NCBI GenBank assembly: GCA_017499595.2
Contig: CM039006.1
Coordinates: 1,302,001 to 1,366,000 of the forward strand
Length of the DNA: 64,000 nucleotides
Direction: 5' to 3'
Origin: Psilocybe cubensis
Lineage: Eukaryota
In this document: positions 13,701-25,877 of the stretch, in pieces
Numbering within the stretch: position 1 is the stretch's first letter
Layout of the letters: every line of letters begins with the position of its first letter
Notes under the pieces: model-generated
The model's database searches: none
Seen by the model: the letters and a program-made list of their open reading frames with translations, nothing else
Told to the model about the DNA's origin: nothing
Made by a program: the position numbers and the translations under genes

Positions 13701-14006
13701 TGGGCGGATATCCCCTGGCCGATGTGGAAGCCGCCTTCAACACCAGACGACATCTCCTCGGCACTCATCAGCGCCTACGTCCTATCCCCTTACACCAACA
13801 AGTCGGGCAAGTCAGCGAAAGACCGTGTGAAAGAGCACATCAAGCGGTGGCATCCTGATAGATTCGAGACGCAGCATTTGGTGAGGGTCGCAGAGGGGGA
13901 GAGGGAGAAGGTCAAGTTGGGAGCGGGGAATGTGACGAGGTGTTTGAATGATTTGTTGAAGAAGGAGAATGAGAATAGTAGTAGTGTTAATATATTTGGA
14001 GATTGA
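7762..14006 (+). CDS. Giant (~2019 aa) low-complexity protein: N-terminal helical domain, RE/RD tracts, acidic tract, long E/R/K charged helix, C-terminal WHPDRF (HPD/J-like, NFKBIL1 C-terminus-like) domain
   Basis: Three exons join in frame: 7762-8103, 8229-10980, 11041-14006 (GT-AG introns of 125 and 60 nt; 6060 nt of CDS). The C-terminus reads WADIPWP...KDRVKEHIKRWHPDRF...VKLGAGNVTRCLNDL. The family assignment is from recall. Confidence 0.85.
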
Positions 14007-14739
14007 GTGGTGCTGTTTTTTGGGTTGGGTTTGGGGAAGGGGAGAGGGAGAGGGAGGCAGGGGACTTTGTGGTTATCGTGTATGATTTTTGGTTTTGAGT
14101 TTTTGAGTTTTTTGACACCCACATCATTGTTCATTTTTTTTTTTTTTCATTTTTTTCTTTGTCTTCTTCTTTCGAATTCTCTAACCTTTTACCGGTACCT
14201 TTTTTCTATGTAGCCAAATTGTCTCTCTCTCTGTCTCTCCCACCCCCTCATCTCATCTCATCTCATTTCACCTCATTTTCATTGTTTTTTTTTTCTTTTT
14301 CTCTTTCTTTCTTTCTTTCTTTCATGTACGATACCCCCATTTCTAACCAATGTCAATGTCAATGTATGAATACATATCAGATAACAGATAAAACTTCTTC
14401 AAAGAATATATATCATATGATGTGTGCCTATCATCCATTCTGTTCTTCAATTCTTTGCTCTTTTCGTTTTCGGTTTCTTTTTGGTATGACTTTACTTATT
14501 TTACTAACACTGGAAGTTCGCGCACGCCTCGTCTCGTTTCCTGAACCTTCCCCTTCCCATCACCCATCACTGTACACTTCCCTTCCCCCTCCCCCTCCCT
14601 TTCCACACTTCACTTCGCTTCCCCTCCCAGTACCAGTACCACGTAACTTTCCCTCTAATATAAATAGGCCCCATCGTTCCATTTCTTCCCCCAGTGAATA
14701 TCATGCCACTGTTACATGTGCAGTGTCCTACGCTAAAAC

Positions 14740-16277
14740 ATCCTTTCGTATGTGTGTGTATGTTTTATTTATATACAATTTCTGGAACTTCTACTCGAAA
14801 AGCGCCCAACCCTCAGGTTGTAAATACCACAAAAAATCGGTACAACCCCGGGTTCCTTTTGAAAATATAGGAAAATTTAAAATATACTTACGCCGGACAT
14901 CTGAATCTTCTGGCAGAACCAGAAACTAGAACCAGAAATCAGAACCAGAACCAGAACCAGAACCAGAAACCAAAAAGGTTACCCAGAATTTCAAGCCAGA
15001 GTTTACCCAGAACCAATCATAATACATAAGTAGTCTTAGTCTTAGTCTTAGCCTTAGCCTTAGTCTTACTAATACTAATACTAGTCCATCTGCATCGCCT
15101 AAGCCTTGAATCAAAGCATGCAAAACAGGCTGCAGAAGCAGCCAAAAATGTTTAGAGAATGGATAATCCCATTGACAACTTGCTAACCGCGTATCGTATG
15201 GTGGTATGCAAGCGCTAAGCATGCACTATGACTAACATAGTAACAACAGCAGATGCAGCAAATGGAATCCATGCCAGCCACGGCTAGCCACAGTGGGGGG
15301 GGGGTACTAAAACTCGCCCACGACCCAAGAACTGTAACACTTACCAACGCAAACGCAATACAATACAATACAAGCCCGGCCGGAGACCAAATTAAAGTTC
15401 GATATTCGATCACATTTTCCCAGCCACCAGCCACCAGCCATAATATAATCCAGGTAAATGGGAAGTAGAAGGAGGCGTGCACGCCGGAATTTAACCCAGG
15501 CATGGACGGTAGGGACCTCGTCAAGACCTTGTTGTTGTCCGAAGCAAATTGACTAGAAACTACAAACGGCGGCAAATCGCATGCATTGGTCTGAGTCTGA
15601 GTCTCTGAGTCTCTGAGTCTCTGAGTCTGAGTCTGGATAAGGCACGCACGGCGTCGTTTCTGAAATGGCTTCGGATCGCAGAAGTTGGGGCATTGTCGTC
15701 TGACAGCGATGCAGCAGCACGGCGACCTTGAACATGTGAACAGTGAGAGCAAGCGAGAGCGTGTGTGCTTTTGAATCCTATTCCTGAATCCCAATCCCTT
15801 TACACAGAACCCCCCTGATCCTGAACGTGTGAAGAAGAACGATAAATCAGCCTGCAACTGCAACACGCTTTGAAGGTAAGGGACCCGGGAGCCGTGCAGG
15901 AACGAAAGGAAATCATAATCACAAAATCATTATCACAATCATGATCCGACAAGAGCCTCCAACCTTACCACTCCATCAAGTATCAACGACGTATCCGGAG
16001 GAGGAAAAGGCCTTGCATCTGTCTCAAGGGACCAGAGTTCATATTCGAATTTTAAGTGTGAGCTCAAACTATGGCCTCCGCAACACAATGAAAAGGCACA
16101 GCCTGATCGACTCATCGAGCGCTAAATTAAAGAATAAATTGAACGAAGTCAGGACTCACGAGCGCTTATCAGTGTAGATGCCTCAGTGGATCAGTGCGTC
16201 ATTTCTCATTTCTCATTTCATCAAACCGGACAATTGGCGGGTGACTTCACGTTGCACGTTTGGGTAGTAATGAAGTT
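14740..16277. repeat. Right arm of the long degenerate inverted repeat (partner 4807-~6750)
   Basis: Reverse-complement matches to the left arm in collinear order, for example the (AGAACC)n tract at ~14915-14970 mirroring (GGTTCT)n at ~6318-6370, and cccggccggagaccaa at ~15375-15390. Confidence 0.85.
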
Positions 16278-19200
16278 GAAAAGATGGAAGGCGGAAGTTG
16301 GATGTTGGACGTCGATACGTAGTACCTATACAGTAACATCTAGAAAAGCGTACAATAAGCTCTTGAGCTCTGACTGATGAGATAGATACAAGGTAGCAAA
16401 CGCACACGTTGAAACTTCACTGACGAATTTGATGCAGATTCCAGATTCCATATTAGAATCCGAGGTATCTGTCCCTTTACGAAATGCCGTAGAGCACCCT
16501 GAAAAGTCAAAAGAGTCATGCGAAGTCTAATCTTCTAAAGCGCAAAGAAAGTCCAAGTTCTGACGACATCCTAGTGGAAGGATCAAAACACCTTATACCT
16601 TATGTATCGCGAACCACCCATCGACACCACCTGCCCATGCATCATGCACAAAACTCTTCACTTCAATTTCAACGCACACATAGACAAACCCTGATCTGCT
16701 CCCATGTCTGAATTACGAAGACACGAAGATAGCCAGCACCTGAATCGGATCAGACACACCCGGATCCCAAAGAGAAAAAAAAATCGGGAAGACATTCATG
16801 CACTCACCATGTATGCATTCATTTACAGGCCTCAAGCCTTGTGCATAAAAGGCACATCCTCATGTCCCCAAAAAATCTACAATTTCCAACGCGTGCTCGC
16901 TTCAAAAAAGTTTTTCTAATTCAAATTCAATCAGCGTGAGCCAGGGTCAAGCTGGGTCAAGACGCGTGCCCACTGCCGCCGGATTGCAGCGCCACGAGGC
17001 GTAGCGCGTTGCGCGTTGCATCTAACACGTTACCACACCTGCGTATGTGATGGAAAGATGGGGTAAGCACTAAGCGTGGACCGCTCACCGGAGAATATTA
17101 GATATTGTCGGCCGGAGAAAAATAAAGGAATATATGGGTAGGAAATATATTTGAGGGTAGGGTAGGTGTAGCCGGAGGGAAATTCGGGGAGATGGGGGAG
17201 GGTCGGAGGTCGCGCTGGCTCGTGCTGCTGATTCAGATTGGCTTAGCGTAGGTGTAGGCGTAGATGTAAGCGTAGGAGAGACTCCATCCTGACAGCGAGT
17301 ATCAGTGGAAGATCTGTTTTGCAGTGAGTTGGGTAGTATGTATGTGGAGATGTAGTTCCATCTGGAAAATACCTTTCGTTTGTCGAAAGAACATGAGAGT
17401 ACCATGGAGCAACCAAGGAGCGAGATGAAAGCCTTTCAGTAGAGTCACAATCTTTCACTGGCAGAAGGAGCGTTGACCGAAGCGAAACTTGAGTGTAGTG
17501 CAATGCTCACCTCGTAGCTGGTCATTTGACTCTGCGAGGACGTGTTTTACCTCGTGTATAATCCTAATAGAAGGATTCGAACAGACATACCTCATTTCGA
17601 AGCTTGTATATGCGGGTCACTTGATAGGAAATGGGCGTCTTCGGCCATGACTTTTGTTAGCAGTGGAAAAGGCAGGATCTAAAAGACTCCTGGCTCGGAC
17701 AAGGTGGGAAGTATGAGAACATTCTTCTCCTCAAGGAAGATGGTCAAGCCGAAAGATACTCACTGAAAATGCCAGGCAACGGAAGGGAAAGGGTCGTAGG
17801 AATCGGCAATAAAAACGATCGTATGAGCCCACAAGTTTACCGCCGACACGGTTTATTTTGGGACACAGTCGAAGGCGAGGCAATGACGCGTGGACGCCCG
17901 TTCCGTTTATGTAGGAGGTTATACTGGACACACAGGGTGATTATTTGCGAAAGACTCTTTTTAAATTGACAGCTTGACCAGCGACTTATATCCACCGTAT
18001 CATCGTACGCGGAGCGCAGCACTATGAATGGTTAACTTCGTACGGGTGTAAAGTGGTTGAAAGCGTTTTACCTTAAGCCTCGTTCGTGCTCTGAAGAACC
18101 GGCGATGTTGATAGATGCGATCGATAGGTGGAACGAGAAGTTTTTATGAGCGGGTAGAACGTGGGCGAAAGGAAATGGTACTCACTTTTCCGCAATCTGC
18201 CTGCCAATTCTATCCACCCGAACTCGTTCTGCTGGGTCTGGCGGCATAAAGTTATATGGGATGGCACGACACTGCTTCCCGTCGGCGAGCTGACTGATTT
18301 TGGTATGAAAGTGAGGTATGAACGCGTGAATATTAATTCCATCAGTGCAGGACACGCCACTTTTCTGGCCCGTGAATAACGCATAAACATTAGACTGAAT
18401 CCATTGCGGTGCACAGTGCACTGCACGCAGCCTTGGTTCAAAACTGCGCAAGTAATCGACTTCATAATCGGATCCCTATAATGAAAAATTGGAGACTCGT
18501 TAGCGGGGTTGGTTGACAAAGGATAAAAAGAAATTGATAGTTAGAATGAAATCATCCGAAAGATGAATTATTCAAAGTAAATAATTATGACGCTCTCACC
18601 ATGTGGTGAGCTTCCATTGCGATTCAGAGAAGCATCATCCTAACCGTGGAAAGGGTGTATCCTATCAGAGGCAAAAGTATGCTTGATATGGGTGCTTGGT
18701 CTGAGGCGCATCATGCACTCAATCCCATCGTATACCATTAATATCACGAATTCGGCCGATGTTGTTGACCTCAGAGTGAAATTAGTCTGTCGGCTGTTGA
18801 AGAAGATGCTGCGCGTCATTCAGGGCAGAGAGGTACGGCATAACACGTCTAAACCACGAGATAGACGCGCATGTTGTCGAGTCATAATACAACAACAAAG
18901 AGTAGACTTCTGTGTGTTTGTTTGTATCGCGCATATACTTACCCCATCCCGAAGAAGCTTGAGATGCGGTTTCAGATAGCAGTGATATGATACCGGAGTA
19001 GAAGCTTGACGGGGAGATGAAATGAAGTGCGCTCGAATTAATCCAGCTTGCCCGAAGTGCTTGAACAAGGTCAAGTGGACCCACTCCCTGAGTGGGACAA
19101 CGACGGTACGTGACAAATAAGCGATATGTGTCCATCGTGGATCACCCTGACGAGCATGCGCAAGTCACAACCCAACAACGACCAGGACCATGTCGGGAAC

Positions 19201-19587
19201 TCTCCCATCGATAGGGTATCCACAATGGAGATTCTCGCGAGGTGTTAGAGCTGATTGGCTCGAAATGGAACTGGGCAAAGGGTGGACCGACTATTCACAC
19301 CGCGTGTCGACGACGTCGAACGGCGTATTCCACGGCGAGCTCCCGGTACACACCTACCAAAAACACTAACCCTTGACCACCAGCGGATCCATTACGGCGA
19401 AGGACCGGGATACAACTCGTACAATCTCCGAAATATAGGACTACAATCAGTTTTCGGCTGCCCGCCAGAAACACGAGGCACCCCGTTTTGTTCCCAACTT
19501 CTCTCCCTTTGCAACTTTTAGTACTGGCTTGTCAACGCTTTCTCCCGCTTTCTCCTTCTCTTTCTTGGTCCCCTTCTGCTTACAGCC

Positions 19588-22500
19588 ATGGCTAACGTCC
19601 AACATCGCCCACTAGCATCCACATCCACCGCGTCGTCCAGCGACAAGGTCAGGAAACTATGGAAGGACTTCGAACGCACCATCCCAAACGGGCGCAACGT
19701 CATGGAGCACAAAGTCAGCGCAGCATTAGTCAAGGCAGAAGCAGAGTACCAGAAGATGCCCGATAAATCAAGAGTTCCAAACGAACAGCACGAAGAGATG
19801 AAGACTAATCTCTCAAAGAAGATCAGGCAGGCTTACTACGACGGCGTCGTCGCCCAGTGGCACACAAAGCTCTCACAGGCCGGACTCAAGGCGGAGGACT
19901 GGTCAGACATCACGCCAGAGGAGATGGAGACCGTTGCACAGGCTCTCGGTGGTGGAATTGACGCACACAGTGATGAAGACATGGTCGTAGTTCACCCAGC
20001 CGTGAACCCTGTGCCACAGACGCCCTTCCTAGCAGCATACGCTACCTCCCTCAACCAACGCCCCATTGCCCCATCTTTCTCAACCTCCACAAGAACCAGT
20101 AACGTCTCTACGGTATCCACTGCTTCATCTGCATCTAGTTATGCCGTTGTAAATCCGAGTGAATTCCACTCTGAAGAAGAGGACGACTACTTTTACAGTA
20201 ATATCGTACGTTTCTCGTCTCCACATAGTTAAATTGTCATCTATACTCACCCACATAACCGCATTTCGTCAGGCCACATCTCATGAGACCTCAGGTTCAG
20301 AAGATGAAGATGGCCTTCCAACAACGTTCATCGCTCCCAGCCGCAATAACCACTTCGGTGGGTGGAGCAGCAGTGAATCATCCTTGCATAACTCCGTCGA
20401 CAGCCTTTCCAATGTCCCCTACACTCGTCCTCCCGTCTCCAACATCATTCAAAACATGCCAGCAAACAGCCGCCCAATACCTGCCAGCAAACCCGCTTCG
20501 ATCGCCCAGACCCCGAACGAAAATATCCATGCATCATCCTTCGCTTCTACTTCCTCTGGTGCCTCTCCGAAAACCAAAGTCCGGCAGACGTACATCGGCC
20601 CGCAGCTGGAGGATCCTAACGAGCCACTGTCGGAGGCGGACGACTTTGAACTGTTCAAAATGCAAACCCGTATGCAGAAAATCGTGGAATTCCACCGAGA
20701 AGCTGCCCTGGCTGAGATCCGGCTCTTCATCGAGATATACAAAGATCGAAAAGCGTCGGCCTCTGGTGGAACGGGTGTCTTGGGATTAGGAGACCGGAAG
20801 GATGTGTCGGCCCGTGTTATCGAGCACCAGAAACGGATGATGCAGCTGCAAAAGGAGAAAGAGGATGAACGGAAGACCACTGTCAAAGCCGAGCGCGCAA
20901 AACGCAGGTCGGAACTGCGCACTGGTGGGCGTCCGGGGCGGTCGAACACTATTGTGGCCCCCGTTCCTAGCGCTATGGTCAACCCAGCTTGGCTGACGAG
21001 CTTCCAGGAGAGCGTCTCGGCGCAGGTGGAGACGAACTTCGACTTTTCAAAAATAATCTCCGAGAACCCGGACGAGCGAGAGGGCAATGTCGAACAACTG
21101 CTGAAGAATATGTTCCCCAATTCGGACAATGCATCCATATCATACCCGACATCTGTTTCCTCAGCATCGAACAGTAGGTATAACCTAAACGCCACCCGGG
21201 ATGGAGAGGAGTATGATTCTGACCCTGCTTCACCGTACGACTCTGGGCAGCGCTGGAATCCTAATTCTGGCATGGGTGTGGGCATGTCGTCAGCGTCCGC
21301 ATCGGCTTCCAACAGCAACTCGAGCAGCCGGCAACCCAGTCGCACCCAAATGCAACCACAAAGGTATTCCTCCGCCTCCGCTGCAGCAGCCAATGTAGCT
21401 GCACAAAGTGCAATGCGGAAAGGCAAGGGCAAAGGGCGGCCGTCTCCATTTGGAGAGGACTCCGGGTCGGAATCTGACCCCAGTGACGATGATGATGATG
21501 ACGGCACGCATGGGTCCCCCGCGGGTGTATCAAATGCAGGTGCCACTGGATTAGCCCGGTCCTTGAATGACGAGCTAGCCAACCAGCTGCATCAGGACTC
21601 AGTGTTCGCCGCCGCGGTGGCTCAGTATGGCGGGCTGGGTGCCGGCATTGGCATGGGCAGGACGTCGAACTCGAGCTCTCCCCCGATGCAATGGCAGCCT
21701 AGCAATTCAAACAGTTTGTATGAACAGCAACTCCAAGCGCTAATGCAGCAGAGTCAAGCACAATTGCAAGAGCAGCCTGTTTGGGGACGCGCGCCATCGG
21801 TGCAGCCTCAGTCTAGTATGTGGATGCCGAAGGAAGCCCGCGCGACGCCCGTTGCCAGTGGCTGGACAAGGAAGAGGACCGGAAGTATTTTGTCATCGGA
21901 CGCCCCCAAAGCATCGTCCAGTCATTCAGGTACCCCATTGATGAGCGCATCCGACGCGTTTGGCTCTTCCCAAGTAGATATGTATGCTTCCGCATCTGCG
22001 GCATTTGGTCCTCATTTGGGTTCATCAACCTCCTCTTTTGCTCCTGCCTCTTCAATTTCGACAGCTGGAAAAGGCAAGAAGACGATGGCATCGTCTATGC
22101 TAGAGCAACAGCAGCAGGAACGTTACGCCTGGGAACAGGACGATCAGCAGACCCCATCCACAAAATCATTTGCCGCTGGCATCTTCTCTTCGTCTATCTC
22201 CAATGCGAAGGGCAAGAAACCTTCAGTGGAACCGCAGCAACAACAGCAACAGTCCATCTGGAATGAGCCACCCAAGCAGCAACAATCCATCTGGAATGAA
22301 CCACCAAAGAAGGCAACCCCGCCATCTACGGCAGCGAACAGCAAACAATCTATCCCTACCCCTGCCCCTGCCCCTGCACCAGCGGCGGCTCCTGCCCCGT
22401 CTCCACCAGCACCCGCTGCCCCGCCTAAAGTCGAAAAAGTTGCCCCGGCTCCAGCTCCAGCTCCACCGGCGAAAAAGATGAACAAGAAGCAGCGTCAGGC

Positions 22501-24127
22501 TGCGATGAAGAAAGGTGGTGCTGCTGCCGCCGCCGCACTAGCTGCCGCTGCCGCCGAGGAAGCTGAAGCCGAAGCCGCTGCTGCTGCCGCCGCTCAGGCT
22601 GAACCCGAACCCGAACCTGAACCCGCCGTCGTGGAACCTCCCCCGCCACCACCGCAGCACCAGGAGCCTGCGTCTCTGATGTCTAAGATGATGCCTTCGA
22701 TGGGCATGGGTCGTGCGCGCAAGGACTCCATTACATCCGCGTTTGGGTGGGAGGACAATGTTGTCACCACTCCCCGACCTGCGTCCAAGATTCCAGCGCA
22801 CCTTCAACAGCACGAGGCGGCAGGCACGCCTCGCCCAGGGTTGCCAAAGAAGTTTGGTACATCTGATTCGGCGTCTGGGCTTGGGATGAATGCGAGTGGA
22901 ACAGGCACGATTAAACCTTCGCAGTGGGGCGCTAGCGCAGGTGGCAGTGCCAGTAACAAGTCGATCTTCAATTTGTTTGGCGGGTCCGCGGCTCCCTCTA
23001 CTGCATCTGCGGGAACCAGGCAGTCAGGCATGAGTTCATCGTTGTTCGGCAAAGGCGGTGCTCGTGTGCCAGGTGGATTTGACGTCGAGGATGATGATGG
23101 TGGTGGTGGTGGAGATGACGATGGCGGCGGCGGCGAGTACGAAGAAGAGCAAGAGGAGGTCGAGGAGGAGGAAGTGAGCCCGCAGGTACAGAAAGGGCCT
23201 GCCGCTTCGGTTTGGGGTTTGAAAACTGGCAAGGCATCGGCAACGGCTCAACAGCAACAAGTCCCACAGCAACAACCATTATCTGCGGCACAGAGATTCA
23301 GACGCATGTCCTCAGCACAGTCGAGCACACCTATAGTCAAGGTTGCCGCTCAAGCACCACCGGTACCAGCACCTGCACCTGCACCTGCGCCCGTAGCAGC
23401 ACCAGCTCAACCGGCAGGTAAGAAGGGCGCACGTGCAAAGAAGAATGCCAAAGGCAAAAAGGCTACAGTCGAGGATGTCCCAGACGAGGAGGTGGACAAT
23501 CGAGGTGGCAGCCTACCTGTCGATTCCTCTGCCCTGCTCCTTCCAGCTTCACCTTCACCAACAAAGGCTGCGCCGTCGAAAGTGATCCTCGAGCCCAAGC
23601 CCAGTGTGGCTCCTAGAATGTACAGTTCTATCATTGATTATGGTGATGGGGAGGAGGGAGAAGGAGAGGAGGAGGATGCTTACTTTTCCTCGTTTGCTGC
23701 CACGCCGTCGACTGCCCCTAGCTCACCACCCGACCCGTTTGGCGGTGACGATGCACGGCTGGCTGCAGCTATCAAAGAGCTCCAGGAAGGCACCTCAAAG
23801 ATGTCGAAGCTTCTTGGAGGTGGTGGGGCGGGTGGGGGAAGTGGAGGGGCGTGGGGTATTTCAGCAGGAGAGAAGCGACAGCAACCGCAGCTAGGGCATG
23901 CTACATGGACACCCAGCGTCAGCGAAGCGGAACAAAACCCGTCAACCTTCCCTTTCGGATCTCGTTCAGGAGCAAAAGCTACCAGTACGCAGCAGCAAAC
24001 ACCTGTATGGGGTCAGATAGGTAGCAAGGACAAAGGCAAGAACAAAGCGACGGACTCGAACGAGGAGTCCATGAAAGGTCCTGTCCATAACATGAAACGA
24101 AACAAACCAGCCACGGGTTGGCTGTGA
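19588..24127 (+). CDS. Hypothetical ~1490-aa protein: N-terminal helical domains plus long S/A/P/G/Q-rich disordered tail
   Basis: Exons 19588-20205 and 20273-24127 join in phase 0 through a GTACGT...CAG intron. Long open frame; no recognised catalytic motif. Confidence 0.85.
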
Positions 24128-25574
24128 AAACGCACTTTTTTTTTTTTTTTTTTTATTTTCTCCTCATATTTTCAAAGATGGTTTTTCTTCTCCATGTATC
24201 ACTCTCATCATCTTCCTCTTCAATATCCTTGTTCTTATATTCGCATTTCTTCGCTGTGTTGCATTGCTATTCGCTTTCGATTTCTTTATTGCCATTCTTC
24301 TTGCCCATAGACGTTACTCCAGATAGTGCCTGTTCTAATTTTCTGTCATGTACCAATACATCAATACATCTTCAATTTTCAACATACCTGGATTATCCTG
24401 TCGATGGGGGAGAAATATTAACGGTGCTATCAAACGGGGGGAATGTGTCAGTAGGGAGAACCAGAGAAAGAAGGAGGATGCTTTGCCTTTGAAATACGAC
24501 TAGTCGTTGAATTCTATTCACAGCTGACAACGTGCAATTGGCACACCCCGGATTTTGAATTACCACCGAGCGAAAGAAGCTTCACGATGATGAAGATGTA
24601 TACAAACACGCACAGTGCTTGAGAGTTTAGAATTCCGATATGACCACCTTGTCTTTAATGTGAGTTCATAAGCCTGCGATAAGGAGGAAAATAGCTACAG
24701 GGCGTACATCCGTGCTGATAATTCACATGTAGAATCAGATGGCAGGCATTCTTGACGAAGAGTTACATTTCCTCGAGGTACAGACTCAGTGGAGGAACCC
24801 TTTGATACGCAACGCAACTTCTTATCGAGTTTCTGTAGATTCGTCTTTGTGTGTGGCGCACCTCGGCTAGATACTGGCTGGCTATCTAGACGGGGAAAGA
24901 CTAGCATCGAGGCATACACGAGGATAGCGACATATCTCGAAAACTATATTGATTGCTTGATGATCATACGGACACACGAGGTAGATCTCGTGAGCTCAAG
25001 TATGTGAATAGAAAATTCGGAGGGGATGTTTTAAGCACTAAATAATTCCCTTCATTGTAATGAAATGTCAATCATTCAGTTAGTGTGCGAGTTTGTAATC
25101 AGGGAGATCGAGAATCAAGCCCCCAGGTGAGGATGGATATGAGACTTAACTCCGATATATAAATTTACAGGAATCTATTTTATTACAGTACCTCTCAGTT
25201 AACGGGGCTTTTTCTGAGGATGTCTTTCAGAAAGTAAGTCTCTGACTCCTCGAACAAGGACAAATAAATATTACAAACATTGGAGTGCCACCTGTTCATA
25301 TAGTTGAATTAATCAAACCAATTTATTTGTATATACTGAGTCCAGGAATCTCTGATATCATCACCGAATGCTCTAATGTGCAGCTTGTCCAAGTAAAAGT
25401 ACGCTTCCAGTACAGCGTACTACTACCTAGCAATTATGCCCCCACAAAACTACATGGTTTTCGGCTAATTTTGACTGTCTGATTAGATTTGAGTGACTTC
25501 TCTTCCTATCACTTATAAGCTAAGTGGAAAGGTATACTAGATTCAATCTGACCAAATTAGGACTTAGAACTAGA

Positions 25575-25620
25575 CCGACGCGTCCCGACGCGTGTTGGAT
25601 TCTGGAAGAGTCCACGTGAC
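25575..25620. promoter_or_regulatory. Tandem ACGCGT (MCB-like) sites and a CACGTG box upstream of catalase
   Basis: ccgacgcgt occurs twice at a 10-nt period (25575-25593) and ccacgtgac at 25612-25620, about 260-300 nt upstream of the ATG. Confidence 0.25.
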
Positions 25621-25877
25621 ATAATTTTCACTTTATTCGTTTCCCACACTCCAAGCCGTTTGAGTCTTGTCTTTCAATCTTGCACTCAACCACAACGCTG
25701 TCTCAAAGGTGCCAAAGATCCTCGAAGAGTCTTAGAAAATCGTTGATGGCGTCACATAATTCTCTTCAATCGTGGTGATTATACCAGACATTGTGGAAAC
25801 CGCGACCTTTATTTCAAAGTTTTTGGTCAATGTAGCCTGCAGTGTTCTTCCTGAGCTCGTCCTTTCCCTGCACTACC

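Noticed and set aside
14159-15866. ORFs of 256 aa (+) and 227 aa (-) downstream of the giant gene
   Set aside because: They are low-complexity translations of the 3' UTR and the repeat arm, and the frame is not preserved in the other arm.
4807-16277. Inverted-repeat centromere (IR-core-IR) interpretation
   Set aside because: The core is a long intact GC-rich gene and the arms are heavily diverged, unlike the near-identical arms of such centromeres.
20449-23634. Antisense ORFs (377 aa and shorter) inside the 19588 gene
   Set aside because: They are codon-bias shadows of the sense CDS.
24861-24904. Imperfect hairpin followed by CTAG (Helitron-like end)
   Set aside because: The stem is weak, the downstream base is wrong, and no 5' end or second copy is visible.
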